Shown here: in pieces, positions 40,362-53,689 of the stretch
Layout of the letters: the number at the start of each line of letters is the position of its first letter
Numbering within the stretch: position 1 is the stretch's first letter
Origin: Vicugna vicugna
Taxonomy: Eukaryota
Assembly (NCBI GenBank): GCA_013265495.1
Contig: MU057576.1
Location: 220,982 to 284,981, forward strand
Reading direction: 5' to 3'
Length of the DNA: 64,000 nucleotides
Translations under genes and position numbers: made by a program
The notes under the pieces: generated by a model
Told to the model about the DNA's origin: nothing
Database searches by the model: none
Seen by the model: the letters and a program-made list of their open reading frames with translations, nothing else

Positions 40362-40667
40362 CCTTAAGATGGGAAGGAATGATGATTAAGGTTATAACCT
40401 GAAATAAAATTCTATCTACTTTACTAGAAAAAAAATAAAATAGAAAATAAAGTCATGGGAAAGGAAGACTCCCTAGTGAGGGAGTGTGGGCAGAGAAGCT
40501 TTAAAAGTTTCTAATGTGTTTGAAATTTTTCAGTCTCCCATACATTGCTGGCCATGTCGCATAAACTTCTGGAGCATCTGGGAGCGAGTCTCCACCTTTG
40601 TATTTAGCAGGACAGACAGTGAAACTGGCTTCTTTTCTTACCAACAGATGTTTGACCGACTTGGTAT

Positions 40668-41442
40668 GTATGTATGTATGTTTTTTTAACTTTTTAAAAA
40701 TTTTCTTAACTGTACCAAAGGCAAAGGCGTGTCCTAGCTTCATTAAAGGGCCCGCGCCACAGTCAATATAAAAACACAAAAAATCCCTCCAGTTTAATAA
40801 AAACCCCAAAAGTGGAAAACCGAGGGGACAGGGAAGAGGGCCCTGGGCCAGGGGCACGGGGAGCCCTGCTCATGGCACCGGGCCTGGCTGCATTGCTGTT
40901 GCTACGAGGTCGGGGGCGGCGACTGTCCTGTGGGAGCCACCGTTGTTCAGCTGGGTGGAGGGCCCTTACTTCTTCTGGGGTGAGCTCAGCTTCTGCATGC
41001 CCCGGACCTTGTCCAGCAGGCCAGAGATGAAGGCCTCAGTGGGTTTATAACAGTCAACCGGCAGCTCCTTGACCCTGGCAGCCCGAGTACCATCGCCCGC
41101 CATGTCCAGGAGTTCGTCCATATCAGTCTCCAGCTCTGGGGTCGCACTTGACCGGGACCTTCCCCCGGCGCCTCACTGGGCCCTCGTCGTCCTCGCCGCC
41201 CAGGCGCTCGCCTACAGCCCCAGGGGGGCTCCGAAAGTAGACGCGGGGCCCGGGGGCCGGGGCTGCCACCGCCGCACCCGACAGGGGGCCGCTGTCCGCC
41301 TAGGCGGCCGCGGGGCCAGGCGCGCGCGTCGACCCCCGAGGGCAGCTGCTGCACGCGGAGCCCCAGGGCCCCGGCCTGGCCGCACCCGCCCCTCCCCGCC
41401 GACCCGCCGGCCCTTTGTTCCCCACGGCCGCCGCCCGAGCCC
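40668..41442 (-). pseudogene. PPP1R14B: Processed pseudogene of PPP1R14B (PHI-1, PP1 inhibitor); CDS homology 41302-40966
   Basis: Translates *ADSGPLSGAAVAAPAPGPRVYFRSPPG...RRRGKVPVKCD, then frameshifted PELETDMDELLDM...CYKPTEAFISGLLDKVRGMQKLSSPQKK*; intronless, with UTRs, A-rich tail and 13-nt TSD ACCGACTTGGTAT (40655-40667 / 41443-41455); start codon is TAG. Confidence 0.93.
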
Positions 41443-42760
41443 ACCGACTTGGTATTTATGATGTCCTGGGCTGCAGTCTCAGCTCGTTCGCTCGCTGGCT
41501 CTCTCTCGCTCTCATGTGAAAATCCTTGATTTATTCTCTACTTCTTTACCTGATTCTGGGTCTATTCACACTTCGATTAAAAGGCCTTTTAATCAGTAAG
41601 GGCCTAATAATGCTTTCCTTTAAGATTTAAAAGATGGATCAGAAACAGAGAGGAGGACACAAGAGAATGTGAGGGCATGAAGGATCTATTTATTCTTCTT
41701 AAGTCTTCAGTTTGTCTGGGTTCCGATGGATCCAGGGCTTGGGTAACCAGCTGGCCTCAAAGAGAACTCAAACCTGCTAGCTTTGCGTACCGGGGGGTCT
41801 GCCAGTGTCTCTCAGTGGATCTGACATTTATATTCAATAGAGAGGATTTGGTTGGGCTTGTTTGGCCCATCCAGTATAGGTCTCTTCCACTAAGCTAAGT
41901 TTTTCTTCAAACCATCTCACAATGAATTGAGCTCCATAATGTCCAATCTATACGTAGTTGCCTTTGGGATAGATAATGCTCCTTGATTCAGTCAGCCATC
42001 GTACCGGAAACAAGGTGAGTTTCATTCAACGTACAGGCGACCGCAGCAAGATGCAGCTTCCACTCCAGCCCTCTAGTCTCAGAAAGGGCTGAGGACTGGC
42101 TTGACGGAACTGCAGTTCCTAGTCCCATCTTCAGGGCTGTTGCTAATAACTCATCTGCATCTGAAGATGCCAGAGTGTGAATCTCCATTCCACTGAGATT
42201 TTAAGATGACCAGACTGGTGGCATATAGAAGGATGTTCACAATGTGGAAACTTAATCTCTTCAACTGCCTCAGAAAAATCTTCCATCGGGGTGTACTGCT
42301 CCTCTGTTTTACAACTCCTATCTGCAAAGCTTTATATGCATTTTATTTCTCTCAAACTTGAGAAAATTCTTTAGGGACGTTTCTCAACATTCCTTATACA
42401 TCTCTTAGGTTCAACATTTGGGTCCAAGTAAATAAAACTGATTCAGTTTCACACAATTTCAAGCTGACAAAGAACCTGAGAGCTTTGAGGTAAAACACTC
42501 AAAGTAGCTTGAAGACCTGATCAGTGAAAGTTCATTAAACTAACCATTATAGACAAGTTGAACTTCCCTTTAGGTGAGAACTTCAGATCCATAGTGGTCA
42601 GATCTTTGAGACATTTTTTAAAATGCCAGTGTAATAGAAGGTTTCACATTTTAGGTCAACTGGAAAAGTCACCTGTGTATTATAGTTCTGATGGAAGAAA
42701 GAAACAGGGAGCAAAGGAAATTAATCACCCACCTAGCTGATCACTATCAGAGCTTTTTCA

Positions 42761-44019
42761 CGTTAGGAGACGATTCTCCACAGTTCTCAGGCATTTCTGC
42801 ATATCTTGGGATCAGAGCTCTACCTGCCTTTATTCCAGACTATCTTTTTCAAGGCTGTCTGTATAGGAAACAGCCTTGGAAGGCAGAGATAGTGTCTTCC
42901 TCCACAGCGTGGGACAAGTTTGTTTCCTCTCCAGTATAATACAGATAGTGTCTCCCTAAAGGGGACCCTCGTACACTGTTGGTGGGAATGTAAATTGGTG
43001 CAGCCACTATGGAAAACAGTACGGAGGTTCCTCAAAAATCTAAAACTAGAGTTACCGTACAACCCAGAAATCCCACTTCTGGATATATATCCAGAAAAAA
43101 ACAAAACTCTAATTTGAAAAGATAGGTACACCCCCATGTTTATAGCAGCACTATTTACAATAGCCAAGACATGGAAACAACCCAAGTGTTCATCAAGATG
43201 ATTGGCTTAAGAAGATGTGTGTGTGGTGTGTATACAATAGAATATTACTCAGCCATAAAAAAGAATGAAATATTGTCATTTGCAGCAACATGAATGGACC
43301 TAGAGAATTTTATACTTGTGAAGCAAGTCAGACAGAGAAAGACAAAACCTATATAATATCACTTATATGTGAGATCTAAAAATAATACAAATGAATCTAT
43401 ATACAAAACAGAAACAGACTCACAGACATAGAAAACAAACTTATGATTCCCAAAGGGGAAAGGGAAGGAGGGAGGGACAAAAAAGGGATATGGATTAACA
43501 GATAACAAACTACTGCGTATAAAATAGATAAACAACAAGGATATATTGTGCAGCACAGGGAATTAATTCAATATCTTGTAATAACCTATAATGGAATATA
43601 ATCTGAAAATAAATAACTGAATCACTTTGCTGTACTCCTGAAACTAACACGGTATTGTAAATAAACTATACTTTGATTTAAAAAATTTTTTTAAAAGATA
43701 GTGTCTCCCTTCAGGACAAAGTTCAGGTAGGCTTACTATCCACTATAAAAGATATGGGTTCCTTAAACTTGGGGTTCCTCTCTTGTAATGTCACCCACTA
43801 CCTGTGCAGGCATTACTTGGCTCCTTCATGTCACCCTGTGGAAACGGTTTTGATGAACTAATGCAAAAATGATGTTAGCCTGGTTATGGCTACTGCTGTG
43901 AGTGATAAACTGTCCTTTGTCTCGGGCCCAGGAGTCTCGTGTCTTCTGCCAGCATCCACAAGGCAGTCTTGTTAGCTTTCAAGTCGGATGAAATCTCAAA
44001 CCCTTCACAATTCTTAACT
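42761..44019 (+). mobile_element. ERVL-type solo LTR (LTR47/MER76-like) split by an L1
   Basis: Resembles recalled consensus (GATTCTCCA...AACAGCCTTGGAAG...CCCAGGAGTCTCGTGTCTTCTGCCAGCATCC...CCCTTCACA). Confidence 0.7.
42958..43695 (+). mobile_element. 5'-truncated L1 inserted in the LTR
   Basis: [14 protein letters not shown]; 3'UTR; 15-nt TSD AGATAGTGTCTCCCT (42943-42957 / 43696-43710). Confidence 0.92.
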
Positions 44020-46634
44020 GGTGGGCACCTGTATAGGTAATTTTAGCACAAGACCTAACAACAGTGTTAGCAATATCAAGAACCAAGTTAAGTCCTTCAG
44101 ATAAAATTCCCTTGACAGCCCAGATGGAGTTATTTTATTCTTCAGATTGTCAGACTGCATGAACAAATATATAGTACCACATTTGACCTGAGACTCTAAA
44201 TTCAAAAGCTTCTTTCAGAAGTTCTTCCATAAAGTCCTGGCACTGAACAAAGTTTGGGGGAACAGGAAGTAATGATCATCTGTAACAGTGGCCACGCATT
44301 TGGACCACACGTTTTTAAGTTCTCCTCCCAGAGGGCAGCCAAGAACCTCACCCCACCACCACACCAAGAGCTCTCCTTCCTCCCTCCTGACTGAAGCTCG
44401 ATTCTTGCCTCCCCTTCCTAAATCCTTCAAATCCACTTGCTCCTTTCACCTCTACTGCTTCCTCCATAATCCACACCATCATCATCTCTTTCTTTCTTTT
44501 TTTTTTAATCATCATCTCTTTCTAACCCTCCTCCCAGCTTTCATCCTCTTGCCTTCTGATCCAGATCCTACATGGCCATCAGAGTTTACAACTTTCTGGG
44601 ATCCTCAGCACCTTCATCAGGGTCTTTCAAACCAGGCAAAGCTCCATAATCATCCAATGAATTGACATCTTTAATAGAGAAGTACTGACATCTCCCAGAG
44701 GAAGAAGGAAATTCTGCCTTTCTAGGGAACCTGAATACATCAGTTGTGGGCATAGAAGTGAAGGCAGCAGTTGGCAGGATTCATCCAGAGTTAGTTGGCA
44801 ACTGGCAAGGCAGTTGCTGCAAAAGGGCAAGGAGAAGGGAGTTGAAAGTTTGGGCATGAGAGTGAGTGACTGAAATAATGGGTTGTGGAAGCTTCATCTG
44901 GGTGGGACGGACAAAGGAGTCAACCAGAAGAAAGTCGATGGATGGTGAGAAAACAGAGGGATGACAGGATCCGAGGTCTCAGTGAGACTGCAGGATCACG
45001 TGCAGACACAGGTGTAAGGTCAGATGCTGGCATCTGACGTGCCGAGTGGGTGTAAGATTTCAGAGGTTGTGCTGATTCTGATCACGGTCCAGATGTGGTC
45101 ATAGAAGTGGATAAGTGAAGAAAAGTGTAGAACCTTCTATCAGTCAGGGTTCATCAGAGAAACAACCAATAGTATGTGGGGGTGTGTGCAGAGAGGGACT
45201 TACTTTGGCTCAGTCATGAGGACTGGCAAATTTGAAATCTGCAGGACCAGCCAGCAGGCTGGAGACCCAGGGAAGAGGCGATGTTACATTCCATCATAGT
45301 CCCTATGCATTTTTCAAATTTTTACTATTATAAGAAGTTTGGTAATAACCATCCTTGTCTAAAATCGGATCCTTTTTTCTAAGTATTCTATGTGTATACC
45401 ACTTTGTATGTTAAGATAATACACTGTCTTTTTCCAAAATGTGTATGTCTGGACTGTGGATCCACCAAATGAACGTTGAAATTGCAGAGCATGACACCAT
45501 GTGGAGAGGAAGCCTCTGGGCCATGAACCTAAATCTACTTTAAATCCAGACAGAAGATGGATCCGCCTCATGGTTAAAGTTGTCCAGGATGACACAGAAC
45601 TTGGGCTGGGCAAAAACACCATGATCTGGGTCCCTAGAAGCTCAAGGACCAGGAAGAAGCTCACAGAGCACACTGGTGAGACAGGCTGCTTCTGTCCCAA
45701 AGGAGAAAGGGTTTTAGAAGAGGGTGGAGGAAAATGTTTGGGGAAGGGCAACAAGATGCTGGAAGAATTCTGCCGAGCTGCCCCCACACCACAGATGGAG
45801 CTGGTGAATGAACGGCCTGGTGCTCTCCAGGGAGAACTGGGTTTGAAAAAGGCAGGGAAAGTTTTGTTTGTTTTTGTTTGCTTGTTTTTATTTATTTTTA
45901 AAGAGATGCAGGCTAGAAGAAGGTGTGTTTACTGGAACCACTGGTTCCAAAGACTTGCTGGAATGGGACTTGAATTCTGTGTGTAAAAGGCACTTGCAGC
46001 TTGGTGGGATTAGCTGGGCTCAGGTCCAGAAGGAAATCTTTTATTTCCAAAGTTTTTATCTTTCTAAAATTCAACTGCCAGTACCTTTGCATGGCTCACA
46101 AGGCCCCCTCAAGTCAGCCTCCCGTCTTTTCGCTCTGGCCTTTAGCGCTTAGCACTGCCCAGTTAGCCCTTCCCAGGACAGCCGGGGGGTGGCTTTTCCA
46201 AAAAAGCCAGTGCCTTCCTGCAGGCTTGCCTTGTGTCTTATCATTCCTTTCCTAGAATACCCTTCACTCTCTCTGCCAGGTACGAATCCAATGATGTAGC
46301 TACTAAATGGGCTCTCCTGAAAATAAACAAATAAGTCCTGATTTGTAATACTCGCCAATTTCTGTGATGTAAATATTCCCAATATGGCTGATTTCTGGTT
46401 ATCAACATGAGGTCACTGAACAGGAAGTTGAAATGAGACAGTTTCCTCTCGGGAGCCAGAACCAACAGCTCCAACACACCACTGTCTCCCAGGAGATCAT
46501 CATTACATAAAATGAAAATACAAGCTACAGCCATACATAAAATATAGTGGAAAGCTAGATCCTAAAGGATCAGCAGTGTTAGCTCCTGGCAGCAGAAGCA
46601 AGGATGATTTTGTTCTTCTTTTTATTGTCCCCGT

Positions 46635-47070
46635 AGTGAGTCAAAGAATGCATCCCCACCCACCACCCAATTTCATTCAATTCATGTCCACTCAGAACCT
46701 CAGAAAGTGACGTTATTTGTAAAAAGCATAATTAGTTAAGGATCTCAAGATGAACTAATCCTGGACTGGTGTCCCCCTAGGAAGAGAAGACAAAGACACA
46801 GAGTAGGAGGTGAGGTGAAGATGGAGGTGAAGATGGGACTGGCATGTCTACAAGCCAAGGAACGTCTAGGATTGATGGCAACTAGGAAGCCAGGAGAAGC
46901 CAGGAGAGGCATCAGCTTGTTTCTCCCGCAGAGACTCCAGCAGACATCAACCTGCCGACACCTTGATTTTGGACTTCTGGCTTCCTGAGCTCCAAAAGAA
47001 TACATTTCTGTCGCCATAGGCCACCCAATGTTTGACCATTTGTTAGAGCAGCCCTGGGAAACTGACACAG
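46635..47070 (+). mobile_element. MaLR (MLT1-like) LTR
   Basis: CAACCTGCCGACACCTTGATTTTGGACTTCTGG...GCAGCCCTGGGAAACTGACACA terminus. Confidence 0.75.
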
Positions 47071-47991
47071 TCCCATCTTTTAATTTTTCTGTATTGATTA
47101 TATGTTACTATATCCTTTAACTTAAATGAAAGTTTGATGTCTCTCTGTTACATATTATATTCTTGTCTGTCTTTCTAGCCTCACCTCCTCTGCCTGCCCC
47201 CTCAGAACTTACCCTTCTCTGACAGTGGACCATCTTGCAGATTCACTGGCATGCCATGTCTTTACATAGTCTGTCCCGTAGGATGGGTCTCAGGCATGTG
47301 ATCGGTGTAGTCACACAAGGCTCCCCACTCAGAGGGCTCCGTGGTTGCTGCCTTGAAATTCTTAATAATTGTGTCTTTGAACTTGTAAGTCCACTGGGGT
47401 CATGGAGCATGTGCAGGGGCTCACAGCCTCGGCTCATGTGCGATCCCACCTCCACCCCTTCCCTGAGATGAGTTCTTGGCCGTTTGCTCCTTGCCCTGGA
47501 GCCCAGTATCCCCCTCCCCACTGCATGACAGCAGCTGCCTTCTGCTGGGGTGACAGCTGGGTCATTCCTCCATTGCCCTCCAGCCCCAGCCAGGGCCTGG
47601 GTTCATGAGTCGGGAGGGTCAGGGTTGGGCGTGCTCCCTGGAGGACGGTGGCAACCACCCCTGCCCTGGGCTGGAAGTGCTCAAGTGATGATTTTTAGCA
47701 GGTGACTCAGTGGGGGCCCCTTTCCCGCTCCCGACACAGGTTCTGAATGTGTCCTTGCACAGAGGTTGCAATCTTTTGGGATCACCCATCAGACATGAAT
47801 TGGGACAGTGAGCCCATGGGAAGAAGAGAATGAATTCTCAGGCCCAGCCTTACATTCTCACTCTGCACTGGATCCTACAAATAATGCAGCTGACCGCGCT
47901 GTACCTGAAATGCCCTTCATTGCTTCTCCCCCTGTTGCACACACAATAATAGTAACAATATTAGTAACTATCATTTACTGAATTCTTTGCT

Positions 47992-48137
47992 TTTGGAGGG
48001 TTTTTTGTTTTTGTTTTGCAGGGAGAGGTAATCAGGTTGTTTTTGTTTTTGCTTTTTTCATGGTGGTACTAGGGATTGAAACCAGGACCTCATGCATGCT
48101 AGGCGTGCGCTTCTACCACTGAGCTGTACCGTCCTCC
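47992..48137 (-). mobile_element. tRNA-derived SINE (Vic-1-like)
   Basis: Degenerate B box; imperfect TSD T(G/A)AATTC(T/G)TTGCT. Confidence 0.8.
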
Positions 48138-48754
48138 TAAATTCGTTGCTGTGTACCAAGTACTTTAGACTGTAAGAAAGACAGGGATGGTTGAAATTCT
48201 AGGTAGCACTTATGAGTAAAGTGCAGATAAAGCAGACATGGTTTCCGGATGAGGGATCTGGGAGTCGGAGGTGTTGGAGCTGGTGGCCCCGAGGGATTTA
48301 CAGCAATTCAATGTGCCCCTGGCCTCCTTGTTCTGAGAGGAGGCCCAGGTGGGAGGCTCTGTTCTTGAATAATGGGAACAAGCAGGGAGCAACTACGAGT
48401 CTGCAGAACCAGCAAGGAACACATTGTAACACCTTAGAACTGGATGATTCAGTGCCTTCTGAGGACCTCTTTTGGGTGGCTTTCAGATCTTTTTTAACCC
48501 AAAGAGAGAAGCAACTAGATTTGAGCAAGCCCTGTGAAGTCTGTCCCTCCCAGATGTTTCTCTGACTGTGCATAAAATCCCAACTAATCATTCAAAGGTC
48601 AGTCCTCACCTCCCTGCCACTGTGTCAGAGAAGAGAATTTTTCTAGGGCTTGGGGAACCAACCCAGGGGACCCCACACTAAAGGGTGGACTAATAAATGA
48701 TGGAGGCAGCTGGCCAGCTAGGAGCAAGGGGCACTGTTCCAGCTTAGGCACACT

Positions 48755-49305
48755 ATAATTTTTTTTATTGAGTTATAGTCAGTTTCAAATGTTGTGTCAA
48801 TTTCTGGTGGACAGACAATTCTTCAGTCATACATGAATATGCATATATTCATTTTCATATTCTTTTTCACCATAACCTACTGCAAGATATTGAATATAAT
48901 TCCCTGTGCTATACAGTATAAACTTGTTTATCTATTTTATATATACTAGTCAGTATGCAAATCTTGAACTCCCAGTTTATCCCTTCCCACCTTCCTCTCC
49001 TCTGGCAACCACAAGCCTTATTCTATGTCTGTGAGTCTCTTTCTGTTTTGTATATAAGTATATTTGTCTTTTTTTTTATTTTAAATATGAGTAATATCAT
49101 ATGGTATTTTTCTCTCTCTTTCTGGCTTACTTCACTTAGAATGACATTCTCCAGGGCCATTCATGTTGTTGCAAATGGCATTATTTTATCACTTTTTATG
49201 GCTGAGTAGTAGTCCATTGTGTAAATATACAACAGCTTCTTTATCCAGTCATCTGCCGATGGACATTTAGGTTGTTTCCATCTCTCAGCTATTGTAGATA
49301 GTTAA
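48755..49305 (-). mobile_element. 5'-truncated L1 3' end
   Basis: L1 3'UTR/ORF2 end; 12-nt TSD CTTAGGCACACT (48743-48754 / 49306-49317). Confidence 0.9.
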
Positions 49306-50703
49306 CTTAGGCACACTTCAGACTTCAACATGAGGGCTTATTAAAATGGAGCTGGGCTCTAGCACCAGAGTTTCTGCTGCAATACTCCTGGGATGGGGCC
49401 TAAGATTTGCATTTCTAACAAGTTCCCAGGCAAGGCCAATGCTCCTGGTCTGGGGACCACACTTTGAGGACCACAGCTTTAAACCCAGAGCAGAGTAGGT
49501 TAAGTAAGGGCCTTTGGAAAGATAACTCCAAGTGATGGAAATGTTAGCTATCTTGATTGCGGTGGTGGTTTCAGAACTGTATACATCTATCAAAATTCAT
49601 TAAGTTGAACATCTGAAATATGTATCATTTACTGTACAGAAATTATACCACAACAAAGTTGTTTAAAAAGAAAAGAGAACTCCACAGACCCATTCTGCAA
49701 CATGGCTGTCATCAAACTGCTACCCCATCTCTTTCCCCAAATTCCCCATCTTCCAGACATTCCTGAACTCTTGTGGTTCCCCCAAACCTCCCCACTATTT
49801 CCCACGTTCATGCCTTTGTCTTCTTTAAATACAGAACCATATAAAAAAAATAAAATAGAATCCACTCTATGGAGTTCCCAGTGGTAACTGACCCTGACAT
49901 TTGGCTGTGCCAGGTTAGAAAGAATAGAATGAGTGGCCAGCAAGTTACCTTGGAGCAAAGTTTGCCTCCAGAAAAACCTTTCAAGTGCCTGCTTTCCCAT
50001 GTTCAAGGGATGCAGCTGCAGCATTGCCTCGGGAAGGGTGGCAGTACAAGCCGTTCTTCCCTGCTACAATGACTGCTCTTCTAGTGAAGGTTTGCCAACT
50101 TGGGCATATCTTATTCTTGTGTAGCATTTCACAAAACACATTGGAATATGTGGCCTTATTTGGGTTAAGTGTTTGCTGAAATTTGTGATTTGCTCAAGGT
50201 CTAATAAACAGAAGTCAAGACTGAAATCCTGGTCTTCTGCCTCCAGGATTTCACATGGTGAAATTTCCTGTAGCTCTTCTGATGTGATGAGGTTTTCCGT
50301 CAAGATCTTGTAGCTAGTCCCACAGCGTGGTTGACTACTGCCTGAGGTGGTCTCCTGACGATGACAATCACAGTCACTTCTAGCAGCTTTTTCCCTTGCA
50401 GAGATGTACCTTCCCCAGCTCTGTCCCCACTGTCCCCAGCAAAATACCCTGGGGCAGAAACCTTCACCTCCAAGTCACTCTCCTGGTCACCTCTGTGCAC
50501 TGTTACCAGCCCCCTCACCCTTTTGCCCCATTTTCCTCCTCACTCTGATTGGTGGTCACAAAGAGAATACTCAGAATTAGACTCTTGGATGGTGAAGGGT
50601 CATGAGAAATTATGGAAGCCATATGGCCCAGGGGTCCCTGGAGCTGGAGGCCTGAAAGTTGTCCACTTACCCACTGGGTGATTTGGACAAGAAACCTGTA
50701 TCT

Positions 50704-52925
50704 CTCACTAAAATCTGGAACAAGACAAGGATGCCGACTCTCACTACTTCTATTCAACATAGTCTTGGAAGTCCTAGCCACAGCAATCAGGCAAAAAAAA
50801 GAAATAAAAGGGATCCAAATTGGACGAGAAGAGGTAAAATTATCATTATACGCAGATGACATGATACTATATATAGAAAACCCTAAAAGCTCCGCACAAA
50901 AACTACTAGAAGTGATAAAAGAATTTGGCAAGGTAACAGGATACAGATTTAACATACAGAAATCAGTTGAATTTATTTGCACTAACAATGAAATAGCAGG
51001 AAAAGAAATAAGGAAACAATTGCTTTTAAAATTGCATCCTAAACAATAAAATACTTAGGAATAAATCTGACCAAGGTGGTGGAAGACTTGTGCGTGGAGA
51101 ACTACAAAACATTGATTAAGGAAATTAAAGATGACTTAAAGAAATGGAAAAATACCCCATGCTGTTGGATTGGAAGAATCAATATTGTTAAAATGGCCAC
51201 ACTGCCCAATCTACAGATTTCATGTGATCCCTATCACATTACCTAGGACATTTTTCACAGAACTAGAACAAATAATCCTGAAATTTATATGAAATCACAA
51301 AAGACACAGAATTACCAAAACAATATTGAAGAAAAAGAACAAAGCTGGAGGAATAACCCTCCCAGAGTTCAGGCAATACTACAGAGCTATAGCCATCAAA
51401 ATAGCATAGTATTGACCGAAAAACAGACATATGGATCAATAGAACAGAACAGAGAGCCCAGAAATTAATCCAAAGACCTACAGTCAATTAGTCTTTGACA
51501 AAGGAGGCAAGAACATACAGTGGAGAAAAGGCACTCTGTTCAGCAAGTGGTGCTGGGAAAACTGGACAGCTGCATGTAAATCAGTGAAGTTAGAACACTC
51601 CCTCACCCCATACACAAAAATAAACTCAAAATAGCTAAAAGACTTATATATAAGACAAGACACAATAAACCTCCCAGAAGAAAACATAGGCAAAACATTC
51701 TCTGACATAAATCTTAGCAATGTTCTCCTCACGCAGTCTACCCAGACAATAGAAATGAAATAAAAAATAAACAAATGTGACCTAATCGAACTTATAAGCT
51801 TTTACACAGCAAAGGAAACCATGAGCAAAACAAAATGACAACCTATGGAATGGGAGAAAATATTTGTAAATGGTGTGATGGACAAAGGTTTAATTGCCAG
51901 AATATATGAATAGCTCATACAACTCAATAACAAAAAAACAACCAACCCAATCCAAAAAATGGGCAGAAGATCTAAACATGCAATTTGTCCGTGAAGACAT
52001 ACAAATGGCGAATAGGCACATGAAAAAATGCTCAATATTGCTAATTATCAGAGAAATATAAATCAAAACTACAGTGAGGTATCACCGCACACCAGTCAGC
52101 ATGGCCATCATTCAAAAGTCCACAAATGATAAATGCTGGAGAGAGTGTGGAAAAAAGGAAACTCTCCTACACTGTTGGTGGGAATGTGGTTTGGTGTAGC
52201 CATTATGGAAAACAGTATGGAAATTCCTCAAAAATCTAAAACTAGATATGCCATATGATCCAGCATTCTCCCTCCCAGGCGTATATCTGGATGGAACTCT
52301 AATTCAAAAAGAAACACACACGCCAATGTCCATAGCAGCACTGTATACAATAGCCAAGACATGGAAATAACCTAAATGTCCGTTGACAGATGACTGGATA
52401 AAGAAGTTGTTGTATGTTTATACAATGGAATACTTCTCAGCCATAAAAAAGAATAAAATAATGCCATTTGCAGCAACATGGATGGACCTAGAGGTCATCA
52501 TTCTAAGTGAAGTAAGCCAGAGGAGAAAGAAAAATACCATATGATGTCACTCATATATGGAATCTTTAAAAAAGAAAAAAAGAGGACACTAATGAACTCA
52601 TCTATAAAACAGAAGCAGACTGGCAGACTGGCAGACATAGTAAACAATCTTATGGTTACCAGGGGAAAGGGGATAGGAAGGGATAAATTTGGGAGTTTGA
52701 GATTTGCAAATGATAACCACTATATAAAAAAATAGATAAAAAACAAATTTCTTCTGTATAGCACAGGGACCATGTTCAATATCCTTTAATGAAATGTAAT
52801 GTAATAACTTTTAATGAAAAAGCATATGAAAATGAATATATGTATGTATATGCTTGACTGAGACATTGTGCTGTACACCATAAATTGACATGTTGTAACT
52901 GATTGTATTTCAATTAAAAAAAAGA
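50704..52925 (+). mobile_element. 2.2 kb 5'-truncated, degenerate L1 (RT domain to poly(A)) inserted in a MIR-like repeat
   Basis: GTRQGC...[11 protein letters not shown] motifs; in-frame stops downstream; TSD AAGAAACCTGT (50689-50699 / 52926-52936). Confidence 0.93.
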
Positions 52926-52979
52926 AAGAAACCTGTTTCTTTGTCTGTAAAATGTGGATGATAATCTGAGCAATAGATT

Positions 52980-53410
52980 TGTTACCGAGTCCAAACTCAT
53001 TCTGCTCGCCACAGGACAGGACAATAAATCAGGAAAGGAGGTGTTGGGGCAAGGAATAGCGACTTTATTTGGAAAGTTGGCAGACCGAGAGGATGGCAGA
53101 CTAATGTCTTGGAGAAACATCCTATTCCAGTCAGAATACAGGCTCCTTTTATATTAAAAAAAAAAAAAAAAAAACAGGGGAGGGGTGTGGTTGGTTGTTG
53201 CAAACTTGCTGCAGGAATTCTTTGTTCTTGTAGTCACCAATGTGGGTCAGGCCATGGTGTCCCTGTAAACCTCCAACAAAACAAAGGTTATTCTCTGTTG
53301 TGCAACTTGCTATCGCTACATAAGTGCAGAAGTGCTAACATCCTTAAAGGTCAGAGCCCTGAGAAAAGGCTCTCCTGTAGATTTCAGGCTAAAGGCAACG
53401 TTACTTCTAA
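52980..53410 (-). mobile_element. ERV LTR (ERV1-like); right boundary approximate
   Basis: Minus strand ends ...CTCGGTAACA with an upstream AATAAA. Confidence 0.6.
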
Positions 53411-53689
53411 AGACCCCTCTTTTAAACCAGTGGTTTTCAAACTTTCATGTGCATTAAAATCACCTCCCTGCTTTCCCACTACCTCGTGGAAGGTATATTG
53501 TCATAGTTGCCGGTGAGTGATTGCAGTGTCTCCTCCACTGCCAAGGACAGCTGGGGGCTCACTGCACCACCACTGTGGTAGAGGGACCTTTGCAGAATTA
53601 GCCAGCAGGAGTCAGGGCACGGGGACTGTATCTATCCGGAGGTCACAACCTAGTTATCCTCTCCCCAGGTCCAGGCAGGAGGGGGTCTT

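Noticed and set aside
40986..41461. 152-aa minus and 130-aa plus ORFs
   Set aside because: Off-frame and antisense readings of the GC-rich PPP1R14B retrocopy
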